From Felis catus (Eukaryota): a DNA stretch of 64,000 bases. Where the stretch lies: NCBI RefSeq assembly GCF_018350175.1, contig NC_058368.1, positions 57,662,001-57,726,000 of the forward strand. The letters run 5' to 3'. The notes under the pieces are model-generated. The model was not told the DNA's origin. It was given only the letters and a program-made list of their open reading frames with translations, and ran no database searches. The position numbers and the translations under genes are program-made. This document shows positions 25,402 to 38,029 of this stretch, one piece after another (the first letter of the stretch is position 1; each line of letters starts with the position of its first letter).

Positions 25402-26694
25402 TAAAGTTTATAGTTTCAACTTGTGTTTGAATCTCTTAATCATATTGGCCAGTTATTTAAAACTATTTGCCTAATACACTTAGTATCTTGGACTCTCTGT
25501 GGGTCTGATGCTGTCCAATTATTTTCTTTTTGTATGCTTGATTATTTTAAATAAGTGTGGGGCATTTTGTATTAAGAATTCTATGGATAATTTAAAGCAC
25601 TCATATATACTTCCCGCACAGACAATTTACTGAAAGAAATTAAGGGAAGAATGCCTTACTCAAATAAGAACGCACTGATAGGACACTGGATTTTGGAACC
25701 TCTTAAGCCAAAAACCATACTACTTGCACTTCACTTGTACTTTTAGAGTGTAGCTCAACAGAGATCACAACTGATAACATATGGCATGTACAAGAGCTTC
25801 TCAAACCTGCCAGGCCTGAGGTCCAATTTTGTCTCCTAGATTTTGTGACTGGCAACTATTTGGTTTGGTTTCTCATTCTCTCAGCCGCCAGTTCTTGATT
25901 AGCAAATGTCTCAAAATGAAAAGACATAACAATTATAACATCACATATTTCTGGGGTTCTCACCCCTAAAGTGATCGATGATGACTCCTCAAATCATTTC
26001 TGCCTTGGTTGCTCTCCAAAATCTTACACAAATCAGCTTCATTATCTATTTTTTCTAAATGTTTTAGTTTTCATAGAGCTGTAATTGTCCAAAACAGCAA
26101 ATGCTGATGGCTAGTGAAAGAGAAGTCTTTGTGAATAATTTAAGTTATTGTATAAACAAACGCATGTGCATTTTATACATAATTATGCAGTAACAAATAT
26201 TTCAAGGTTGCTATTAAAACAACCTGCTTTTCTTCTTAGATTTCAAAATCTCCAAAATAAATCTCATTAACCTGAATTAAAATAGTATAAAAAGTGTTGT
26301 CTATTTCGTGTTTGTTATAATGTGGCAGGTGTTTCACATAATAAACGAGTTAAGATTTACTGAGCAGTTACTATGAGTTAAGCATGTGCTATTATCTTTG
26401 TATTTAATTCCTCCCTACCCCATCTGACCACTTGGAGTAGAAATTCATTTATGTAATGTATAACTATTTCAGGTTAAGAAACCTATAAAAGATCAAAGCA
26501 CTAGTAAGTTTTAGAACTAGTACTCATAGTTGGAAGTAGCTTGAGATTCCAGAATCTTAATTCTTATATTATTTTGTTTCAACTGAGGCATTTTAGAAAT
26601 TGTTTAAGAATATAAAATTATTTAGTTCTAGTAATGATCTTCAAGTGAATGAAAACAGTGTACAGTCCATTCACTGTAATCCTCTAACAATCCA

Positions 26695-26865
26695 GAGAGC
26701 TTGCTATTATAAATTTCAATTTAGAGTTGAGAAATATTTGTTAAAATGTATATTTTCAGGTGTCACCTCAGAATTACCTAACCAGATCCTCTGGCAGTAT
26801 GGTAAAGGAATTCGAAGTTTTTAATACAGTTATTTATATGCACATTCAAGTTTAAGGAACACCTT
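26695..26865. mobile_element. MER5-like hAT remnant
   Basis: ttgttaaaatgtatattttcaggtgtcacctcaga..atgcacattcaagtttaaggaacacc. Confidence 0.55.
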
Positions 26866-29800
26866 ATAGAAAAATATTTCTAAACAAAAATCTGTCATTC
26901 TATATACTTTATTATATTTAAACCATAATTGAGAAGGTAGAGATAAATCCCTGGATGACTACTCTGTAAAACAAGCAGTACTTACTGATTTTATCACTGT
27001 TGAGATTTTAAAGACAGTTGTTCAATCTGATTTTTATGAATCCAGAATGACTGATTTAAATACAACCTTCTGTCTCCATAATAGAATAAAGCTATCTATT
27101 TTCTTAGAAGTATTTCATCAACTTCCATGGACTTTGGCTTATCCAAAGTGGCTGCCTAGAATCACTGAAATCAAGATTTTGAAAGCTTGTGTTACATAAA
27201 CCACCCATAATGTCAAGTTAATCAAAACTTTAAAAAAAATGGTGGTGAAATTTTATCTGAGACTCAAAGGATGACCAAAATTTGCCTTATCTGTAATTAT
27301 AATTCAGGAGAACTATAAAGTAGGGTGAGATTCAAAACAATCATCCAGAGACCATTGACTTTATAAATGGATTTTAATCAATTATACTAATCTCACATAT
27401 ATCGATGTTTTAGTAATAATATGAAAATTTCCTGGTTAGACTGATGCATTTCCTTATCTTTAACTTGCAAAATGACTCCACAATTTGTTTTCTTCCTTGG
27501 GAAATACTTTTATTACATGCTGATGTGACAGAAACTTGCATTATGAATTTAACAACCAAGGAATTATACAAATTATCATTAAAAGATAAATTTCTATTCC
27601 TTACTATCCCAGTTTTCATCAAGAGTTAAACTAATGCATTTTAAAATCAAAACTGTCCAAACTGAAAATATTTAATCGTGACCTAAAGTTTTATCCCTAG
27701 CTCTAATGATGTTTTATCTGCATGCTATTTATTTTAATTATGTAATATGTCCCATGAATCTTAGACTCCCCCTTTGTCAGACACTGTTACATTCTGATCT
27801 TCAGACTAAACTTCTCATATATACATATACATATACCACAGAAACATTTCCAACAGATATTCACCAGGTAGAACTTTATATGATATACAGTTAGAATATT
27901 GATATTTATTGAAAAAAGTAGCACAAATGCAAATTTATAACTGCACTGAAAAGGGATAATTATTTAACTGTATGCCCTGTTCTTATACCCCAGAATACAC
28001 CCAAAGATTAATGCTGCCCTGTGTAAATGGGCTAATGAATTTAGAACTTGGACATCCATTCACACCAAAGATTTAACCCTGAAATCCAGCAAACTACCTC
28101 AAAAGGAACACATTTCCAAAAGCAGATATCAACTACAAAAATTTATGAATCAAGAATTTGACAGTAGGTTCTAAACAGTTTCCTACCAAGATCTCTAGTT
28201 GATTTTTATAAGGTACATATACTTCTGTTTGTCTTTTTCTTCCCTTACCCTTACCATTTCCCTTGTGTTATTCCTAACCACTTAGATAATAAAAATTACC
28301 ACTATATTATTTTCCCCTTCTGTCAGTTCTTTTGCCCCTTTAAACTTTTTGTTATCTCTGATTCACCATTCTCAAACAATTCCAATAGCTGTAATACTTA
28401 CCAACTATTCACTTTGTTCCAGACCCCTCTGATACTCAGTAGGTAAACCCTGCACTCCCACAGTTAACAGGAAAAAAATGTTTTAGAACCTCAAAAGACA
28501 TAGCACTAACAAGCTAGGACCAAATTATTTTCTTATAAAACCATGAATTTATCTTCTACAGTAAGACTAACAAATCCAGATAGGAATTTGAGCCAATATT
28601 TTTTGTCTTATTATCTTTCACTATAGTCCTTGAGATTTTTTTGTATGATCAAATGGCTCTAACATGCTTATTTCATCAAAACATAGAATATACTTTCTAT
28701 GGCCATCTTACCTTTAAAGAATTCAAACAAATTCCTATTTATTCCTATGTTATTAAGAGCCTAAAGGGGTTTACCAATGGGATTCACTAACTTATAAGGT
28801 CTTCTCATCTAGACTAGAACATATGATCTATAATTTCTGATTATTGTTCAATTATCATATGAAACAGCTGGAGCTTTACACACCTAACAAATTAGTTCAT
28901 TAAAAAAAAAAACCTGAGTAAACACTTTAGAAAAGTAGATTGATCAAGTATTCAAATAGGAAAAAAGACTTGTTGGTTAACAAAATTTGGCAAAACCAAT
29001 ATGGGATTAATTCTTTTAGGAGGGTTTAGGCCAACTAAAAACAAAAACTGGTGAAAAGGAAGTTTCCACATGTCACCTAAGTTGTTTTTGATGGTGTAAA
29101 TAATTCTTCCCCTGCTGTCTGATATACAGATGCTTAAACATTAATTTCCAGTGATAATTCTGAGCTGTCATTCAGCAGATGGCATGTCAAAAAGAGATAG
29201 TAGCCTTCATAGTCAGTTTGGTTCCTCTGGGAACTGGGTCTGACCCAAAAGAAAAACAGGAATTAATATGTGAGAAATGGTGCTATCTTTGTGTAACTAG
29301 TGGAGAGGCTAACAGAAGCATACCAAAGGCCATTACCCAGGGATGAAAAGAACATGTACAATTTATACTTGCAATCTCAAGTTTAAGAAACATCCAGAGA
29401 TAACTGAAACCATTTTCCCTAATAACTGTGCCAATCTGTTATAGGGCAGACTGTTATCCCTCATGGTTTTCAGTCAATCAGTTTGCCCAAGAACAAGAAA
29501 TAAAAACAAACAAAAACAAAAGAGAATACAACTCATTATAAACCAACAGTGGTTTATAAATTCTGTCTTGCCTTGCTCAGTTATTATATAAATGATGAAT
29601 TTATATTATATATGAATTCAGCTTATATATTTAAATTCTTAATAAAAAATTAAATATAAATTCTTAGTCTTTGAAAAGTTGAATCTGTAGTTGTCAAGCC
29701 TCTAAAATTCATTTCTATTAACATGAAACACAGAAGGTAGAACATTATATGACTCCAGAAAAGAAGGAAAAAAGAATAAAATAGGCCATTCTGAAAGAAT

Positions 29801-30541
29801 AGGCCTGGCTTTTGTAATAATCTACAGTAAAAAAGAAAAACAATAAAGGAGACACTATTTCATGTCAAGCGACTTAACTTGTATAATGACCAAATAATGT
29901 GGCTACCTTATATGGGTTCTGATTTAAACAAATCCTATAAATATCATTATTGAGACTAATCAGGGACACTTAATTATGATTTGGGTATTGACTGGCAGCC
30001 AAGAAGTATTGTTAATTTATAAGTGCTTAGGTAATTATTGTATTTGGATTATAGATATACTGGGGCTAACTTTACACTGCTTCCTCTGCTCTTGAATATA
30101 TTTGAAAATATTCATGATTATTTTAACTAAAATATATAAACATAATTGTCTCCTTCCTCTTAAAATTCTTCAATAGCTCTTCATGAACTGTAGTGAAAAT
30201 TTCAGACTTCCCTTCATTTTCAAATAAAGCACTTCCTGAACTAGAAATTTTACTTTTCTAAATTCAACACTCACCCTTAGTCATACAACTCAAACAAAAT
30301 TACTTGAAGTTTTATACACAATCATATTGCAACTCTTTGTCTTTGTACTACTATCTGTCTTGAATGCCTTCATCCGCTATTTGGAAAAAACACTAAAAGC
30401 ATGTGGTAGGACTAGTACAGGCTTGCTGCAAGGGAAGTGGTCCTTACTAAGTAATGAACAACTTCATTCTTGGTATAGATAAAGAATGTTAGATAATCAT
30501 TACAGGAAAATTAAAAATAAGCCTGGTTAAAGACTTTAGAT

Positions 30542-30676
30542 CAAGATGCATGGGTGGCTCAGTCAGCTGAATGTCCAACTCTTGATTTCAGCTCAAGTCA
30601 TGATCCCAGGGTTGTGGGATCAGGTCCCCTGATGGGCTCTGCACTGAGCGTGAATCCTGCCTAAGATTCATTCATT

Positions 30677-30717
<41 letters not shown>

Positions 30718-30795
30718 CTTCCCTCCCTCCCTCTGCCCCTCTTCCCTGCTTGAACTTTCTCTGTTTCAAAAATCAAAATTAAAAAAATTAAAAAA
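30542..30795 (+). mobile_element. CAN-SINE with 14-bp TSD
   Basis: taaagactttagat at 30528-30541 and 30796-30809. Confidence 0.95.
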
Positions 30796-31914
30796 TAAAG
30801 ACTTTAGATTGAGTGAGACATGACAGCCGGGCAGATGGGTAGAGGCAACTAATGCCTGTTTTTAGGTACATTTTTTCATTTACCTATGTTAATAAAATTA
30901 GCAAACTTAATATAACCAAGATTTACATCGACCTAAGATGTTGGCTCCCCCACCCCCCACTAATTTGATAGATATTTTCTTCATATTCCCATAGACTTAT
31001 GCTTGTCACAGGATACTTTATTTGTTAATTTTCTTTATTGTCTTTTATGGGATTATTTGAAGGTCTGGATAATTTCTAATGATGATTTATAACTTTGCAC
31101 CTAACACAATATCTGGTTTACTGTACACGCTAAATAAGTATATGAGGAATCTGTTTTGAATTAAAGAATAATTTGGAGGAGAGTGAGAGTATGATGTTTA
31201 TAGAAACTTTAGGCAATATCTGGTATATTAAAATGTTAATTTTCAATAAAGGAATTGACAATTAAAAATTATTTTATGTGTATTTTTCCAGATAGGGAGT
31301 GACTTTGCTATTCTTTTAAAAATAATCAACACTGCTGATTCTGAAAACTGGTCCTAGGTTTTTTTTTTGCCTATTTTATTGCTTAAGCCATTCAAATGTA
31401 TGGTTATATATCAGTTATTGGTTTGTATCTCAAAATCTTTGATAATCTGGAAGTCTTTGAGTTGTGAATTTTCCCTGGGGGAGTGGAATGATGGCTTATT
31501 CTTATGATGGCTTCTTGATCTCATATTGTATCCTCAAGCAAAGACCAAAAAGTAGACTGGATAGAAATAAAGCCTACCAGAAAGAGTACTTCACTTCATT
31601 TTGATAATGGATACTATGTTTAGAATTGAACAGGGTATAAAACTCATGTCTATCTGACGGGTGCACTCAAGAGAAATTAATTTCAAGCCAATCAGATGCC
31701 ACATTTTCAAAGCTAGGGGAATGTGAAGGAAACAGTTTATGGTTTCCATCCAGAGAATTTTTAGAAGGAAATACCTTTATAAATAGAAAATAATTATTTA
31801 TAAAGGATTAGGAAGATTTTTGAAGTAATTGAGAACATAAAAAAATAGTATATACTTGCAAGGCGTTTCCTTATGGGATTTTCAAGGATTATATGACTCA
31901 ATACTGCAATCATG

Positions 31915-32045
31915 TGATACAGAAAGTAGTATCAGCTTCATTTTTAGACAAGGAAACTGAGGTGCATAGAGAATGTGTAACTTGTTCAAGTGAATAAATG
32001 ATGGGTCTGAGTTTCAAACCAAGCATTCTTAATCTAGATCCTTTC
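31915..32045 (-). mobile_element. MIR SINE
   Basis: catttttagacaaggaaactgaggtgcatagagaatgtgtaacttgttcaag is the MIR core. Confidence 0.8.
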
Positions 32046-33006
32046 ATCTCAATTGATATTTTATATAATACAGACGGCCAGTTACTCTCCATAATTGTGA
32101 AGAAAATCCATAAAACCCAATTAAGTGCTTAGCTTGAGAGTGATATGAAAAGAGTCCTTAATTTGCTTTAATTATGATCAATTTTTATGACCATAAAATT
32201 TTTCAGAGGATGTTAATATACCTAAATTATATTTTCTTTTCTCTCCTCTTCTACTTACAGTTCAAATTCTATCCCACTTTCAATATGTAACCTCAATGCT
32301 ACCTTGTGATTTGTAATAAGTCCTCTACCTTGTAATAAGTCCTCTCTCCCTGACTTTTGCTACTGTAGCACTTTCTCCATAACTTTATTATGAAACGTAA
32401 TACCTTCTATGATAGTAATAGGAAATGGCATTTACATATCCAAATTCTCACTCTTCAATTTGCTAGAAATATAAACTTCCACTTGGCCCCTCTGAGTCTC
32501 AAATTTCTCATCTCTAAATGAAAGCTTATAAATATGATAGGTTATACAAAGTATACTACACAGAATGCAAAACACCAAAAGGATAAATGATGTTTTCCTC
32601 TTTTTTCCTTCAATAATTTGAGAATCAGGAGACTTGTTTCTGATCTTTGTCAAAGATTTTAAAACTTTAGCATTCACGTGTATTTCATATACCTTTATGC
32701 ATTCAGTCAATATCTATTAGAGCTCTGTAATGTGCAAAACTATTGAAAACTAGAGAAATACTTGTATGCAAATGATATAAGGATATAATTACATACAAAT
32801 CTTCATGGGATATGGTTCCTTGTCTTTAGGTCTAGGTTCAGTTCAAATGAACTGTGATAGCTTACCAAAATATATATCAGGCAAAAAAACTAAAGAAATA
32901 AAAGTAGTTGAGAGATAATACCAAATAACAGTAACAAGCAGCAAATAGCCTGCTGTAGAAGATACAAACTGAAAGTTTGTACCCATTATTTGGATATACA
33001 TTAAGC

Positions 33007-33408
33007 GTCTTAGCTCAGGTTTCTATGACAAAGTATCCTAAATGTCTGCTGCTTAAACCACACAATCTATTTCTCATTTTAGAAACTGAAGTGTAAGGAT
33101 TAAGGTATGAGATGATTTAGTTCTTAGTCAGAACTCTTTCTGGCTTTTAGAGAACGGCGTTCTCTCTGTGTGCTCACATGGCCTTTTCTTGGCATGGGCA
33201 CAAGGAGAATGAGATCTCATGTCTCTCTCTCTCTCTCTTTTTTTAAGGTCATTAATTCGAGCATGAGAGCCCCACCTTCATGACCTTCGTGACCTAACCT
33301 CACCTTAATTAACTCCCCCAAGGCTTCACTCTCCAAATACCATCGCATTAGGGATTAAGACTTCAACAAATTAATTTAGGGTGGGACACAAACATTCAGA
33401 CTATAGCA
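33007..33408 (-). mobile_element. MaLR MLT1A/MST-type solo LTR
   Basis: gtcttagctcagg..ctatgacaaagtatc..tgtgctcacatggcc..ccaaataccatcgcattagggattaagacttcaaca..gggacacaaacattcagactatagca. Confidence 0.88.
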
Positions 33409-34109
33409 TTAGGTCCCTTAGTGATAGTTCTAGAACCTGATCAAAGAGAGAAATTCAATCACTTATATATTTGACATTAAAATAAAAAAAGCGCAAAACA
33501 AAATCAAAGCTGCTCAGTACCGTTTGATTCTGAATGTAATTAAATACCTTTTGTGCTCACTCATAAAAAGAATGTAGTATAGTGAACAATGACCTCCAAA
33601 ACATCAGTACAGTCAATGTAATGACAAGTTTCATTAGGCAATTTTTAAAAGTATTCTTAAAATAAGCTATGACATAATCCACAATGAGAGTTTAATAGTT
33701 GGAATTCTATGCTGAACCAGTCTTAACCTTAGGTAAATTACTTTCTTTTCTGTGACTCATTCCTCCCATCTTTAAAAGGAAGAAGTTGGGCTAGATAATT
33801 TCTTAAGCCTTTTCAGCTCAAAATAAATTGAATAAATTTTGTGTAATTAATTTCCCACAGTTGCTACCCTATGTCAACATGTATTCAGTGAAGAGGTTCT
33901 TGGCAGTCTGGCATTATGCCACTATTTTCAAAGTATTTTGGTCACAAAATAATTTCCTTAAAATAAATTTAATTCATAACACAAGGAAATAGAGGGAGAG
34001 GTAGAAGCAGGGCTCAGTCCCAGCCCTTCTCACTGCATATAGTTCTGCAGAACTGCCTCTGAGGTAGTTCTTCTGAATAGCTAGGACTCCAAAACAAAGA
34101 TGGGAAGTA

Positions 34110-34330
34110 ATTGTACAGGAGGAAGCACACAGGCATTGAAATAAGACATTCCCAGTTTCAAATTCTGATGACTGAGGATGATTTGCCTAATGAATCTACA
34201 CCATCAGTTTCCTCAGCTGCCAAGTGAAAGAGTAAAACATTACTTGAAGGTGGCTGTGAGTATTAAATCAGATTATGTTTGTAAAACATCTAGAAAAGAG
34301 GCAGGAAAAACAATATAAATGATACTATAT
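34110..34330 (+). mobile_element. MIR SINE
   Basis: catcagtttcctcagctgccaagtg..ggctgtgagtattaaatcagattatgtttgtaaaacatctag. Confidence 0.75.
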
Positions 34331-35992
34331 TTGTGTTAAGGTTACATAAAACACCAATGGAACCAGACAACATTAAACAGAATTTAGCCAAGACCTTTGA
34401 AATAGGGGAGAAGGACTGAACTCAACTCTATGGAAACCAAAGGTGGGAAGGTTTTTAAACACTGGGGTGGGTTGGTGGAAAAATACTGGAGAACATGATG
34501 GAGGAGATTGGTCAATGTGAGTAAGCTGTCTGTGTTTACTAATTGGTACTTATTAAAGTTAGGATCCTACCTCCCACAGAAGCTGAGGGATAGGAGTGTT
34601 CTAGGCTTCCCACTGAACAATTCAGAAATTACAACTATAAAATTATGCTGCTGTCTAATTAATGCAAGCAGAGCACAACCAGGACCTATCATAAACAGCA
34701 CAGGCATTGACAAATGTCTAATAACTTTAAAGTTTCTGAAATGTTATGTTAATATTTTACCCGTACAAATAACCTATAGAAGGTTAAGCATCTCTTATTC
34801 GGCAATGCTTTTAATTCAACTCAATGTATCTAATATAATTATTTCAAAGACTCTCCTTTCACAAGATGAAAGAACAAATCTTGTGTGATTTACCAAGAAT
34901 CGTCAATAATTGCAAAGTCAGTTTGTACCAAGAATATTTCATTTAGAACTCTATTTTAGGGAGGCAAATATCCGAGGTTGTCAAAAATATCAAAAGATTT
35001 GGACAGCTGGCTAAAAGAGATCATGGGTCACTAAGAAACAATACTTAGCTATCTACGTAACCAAAGTGTAAAGGATTTTAAAAGCAAATATAGGTGGGAA
35101 CATAATTGAAACAACTTTCTCTCTTGTTCACTTAAATAGTCAAAGACATGATAAGGTCAACATAAGACATACTAAGCTATTCTGATCAGCCCCAATCCAT
35201 TCCTTCTCAGAAAATCACTCAGAATGCAAAGGAAAATCCTTTACAATCTCTTAGTAGAAGCAAACCCATAATCAAAGAAAATTTTATCTTTTTAATAGAG
35301 AGAAAGCAAAATTCTAGTTTTGCATTAATATGTTAGTGATATTAAGGGTAACTGAAGAAAATTAACCCATCCAATCTTAACTAGCTCTGAATACACAAAA
35401 TAAGATTTCATTTCTGCCAACCTATGACTATTTCTACCCATCATGTTTTGTCCTACATTTTTTTCTTCTTTTCTCCTTGGAACAGCCAGTTTGATTTAGG
35501 ATAAAATTACCTATTTTTCCCCTTAACAAAAACATATCCTACATATGATACTTTAACAATTCCTAAACTCCTATATATTTGCATATGAAATTATTTCTCT
35601 TTGCCCCATTTTAGTAGTTGTGTTTAGATATATTGATAATTTTAACCACATATAGCTTACATTTCATAGACAAAACAAGTAGATAAATGTGAACAGTTTT
35701 ATCTGCATTCTGTAGCAGACTATTAAATTTTATGAATATACCATCTCAATTTTTGTAGGTAAGGTGCATGCTTTCTTGTTGTACAATTTCTCAATTGCAA
35801 CAATATACTTATAAACATATCCAAACTGATAAGACTTTCTGCATCATAAAAAATAAATTAAAATTATATAAACTTATATTTGTGCATAAAATGTTTCAGT
35901 AGATCATCTTACTTAGAAATGATCTATATATTTGATGGATATTACTTAATTTAGCATAAGTACGATGCTATGTTAAGATTTTGTAAACTATT

Positions 35993-36210
35993 ATTTTTTA
36001 TTTCTAATATTTATTATTTTTGAGAGAGATGGAGAGACAGAGAGCAAGCAGGGGATGGGCAGAGTGAGAGGGAGACACAGAATCTGAAGCAGGCTCCAGG
36101 CTCTGAGCTGTCAGCACAGAGCCCAACACAGGACTTGGATCCATGAACCGTTGAGATCATGACCTGAGCCAAAGTTGGATGTTCAACCAAGTGAGCCACC
36201 CAGATGCCCC
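35993..36210 (-). mobile_element. CAN-SINE (felid-type) with perfect 18-bp TSD, inside the ERV
   Basis: aagattttgtaaactatt at 35975-35992 and 36211-36228. Confidence 0.97.
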
Positions 36211-36375
36211 AAGATTTTGTAAACTATTTTTAAATAGAAATCTAAAACACAAATTTTGAATTAAAGTTGGTCAGAATTACTAACTTTGACTAAAATCAAG
36301 TTTTATGATCTTAAATATCTAGTATATGTATGAGCTTATTTGACTAGCAAACCCAAGTGGAATAGAAATGTATGT

Positions 36376-36456
36376 TGTTTTTAATTTTTTTTTTAATTTT
36401 AGAGACAGTAGGCATGTGAGTAGGGGAAGGGACAGAGGGAGGGAGGAACAGAGGGG

Positions 36457-36487
<31 letters not shown>

Positions 36488-36616
36488 TGTGTGTCTTAAT
36501 ATGCTCCATGCCCAGTGTGGAGCTTGACATAGGACTCTATTCCACAACCTTGGGTTCATGACATGAGCCAAAATCAAGAATCAGGCAATCAACCAACTGC
36601 ATCACCCAAGCACCAC
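36376..36616 (-). mobile_element. Older CAN-SINE inside the ERV
   Basis: TSD agaaatgtat at 36364-36373 and 36617-36626; diverged head. Confidence 0.92.
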
Positions 36617-38011
36617 AGAAATGTATATTTTGATCACATTTGATGATGATAGCTCAAAACCCAGCAATATTAAATTATCATTGCCAAAGGTTTACCTAAT
36701 TTATGTGAACTTGAGTTTTAAACTATTCTGATTAATTTTTAAGAATAAATTTTTTTTGTATTGTAAGAATCATAAGTTGAATGTAGTTTTTACTTTAAGA
36801 AGTTCAAGTATATTTATATAAACATTTATTTGTCTCTAATCCCATAAGAATAGAGCTCCTTTAATAGTTACTATAATTTGATACTCCATCAGAGGCAGGA
36901 AACATATTATATACACATACATAGATATAGACATGTAGATTTGACAAATAGAGACCTAGTTTTCATTCTAAATATTTAGCTATGAGTCAGGCATAAACAC
37001 AGTAATCCGAACTCACTAATTTATTAAATGATTCAGTTCTTGTCTTTGCCCTATTTTACACTTTTATCAGAATTATGTTGCTAGTAGATCAGTTAATTTG
37101 AGATGACCTGCTCAATATGAGGGCTACAGATTCTCATCAATATGTGTGGTGATTTTTAAAGCTGTCTTTTACCCTGATATACAATCTTATAGAGACTGTA
37201 GGCTGAATTTTTAGAACAAGGAAGCAGCAAGTAGATGTTTGGGTGTCTCCAAAGCTTATCTAAGTGAATAAAACATCCAGTCTTTTTCCAGTTAGCCTTT
37301 TCAGTCTCAGGTGGTTGCATTTGGAGTTTCTGACTATCAGAAGGGGCAGGGGCCTAGAGCTCAAGTTGAGTCTAGGGAATTAAGGGGCTGGAATGGGAAT
37401 TCTCTGGCAGAGGTGGGTTGAGGAATAAAGAAAAGGATTTTGAAGGGAGGCATATCAAAAGATTTAAGGAAACTGAAGAGGAGATCAAAGGAGGAGCAGA
37501 GGTGATAGAAATTTAGCATAGTTAGTTTATGTGATCTCAAGTTTCCCATAAAGATCAATGAAGTTCTAAATCATGTTTAGTAAGATCACACCGAAAAGGA
37601 AAGCCATAGCACTATAGTCGCTGAGCATATAGTCACCAGGAATCTTCAAAGAAGGAGAATCAGAAGAGTATGAATTTCCATAGGAGAGAGAAGAGGCATC
37701 AAAGGAAAACAAACAAAAATTTTTAAAAAAAGGTCAAACTAAATCTTAATATATGGCGATTTCAAAGAAAAAATATTCAAAATACCAAAGAACCAAAGTT
37801 CAACCAAATGAGATCCCATTAAAAACAGTAACACTTTATTAGAATTGAAGTCAATTCCTTACCGTGATTCAACAGTTCCATGTCCAGATCACTGGATCAA
37901 AAGACTCACCAACTGTTGCTGGATCTCGCTCGTGAGTGAAGAAGCTTTAACACTGTACAGTGTACACCATGAATCAAAGATGAGGTCCTGGCGCATCCAG
38001 AGATGAATCCA

Positions 38012-38029
38012 ATCCAAGTCATGGCATCA
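38012..38029 (-). other. Retroviral primer-binding site, tRNA-His type
   Basis: Minus strand TGATGCCATGACTTGGAT vs the tRNA-His PBS TGGTGCCGTGACTCGGAT: 15/18, two of three mismatches are CpG decay; located a few bp inside the LTR end. Confidence 0.8.

Larger units (their letters stand above)
21620..25700 (-). mobile_element. Ancient L1 (L1ME-like), 3' UTR into ORF2, interrupted by insertions
   Basis: tttgaagtataacatacaaacagaaaac..caatcaagaaacagactataacc..ggtaaccactatcctg; continues with ggaatgaaattgctggattacagagg..gccaaatcattttccaaagtg. Confidence 0.7.

Noticed and set aside
34508..34888. Longest ORF in the window (126 aa) as a gene
   Set aside because: It has a non-ATG start, runs antisense across the ERV LTR/internal junction and resembles no protein I know. 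Its similarity to ORF 38152-38424 only reflects LTR homology.
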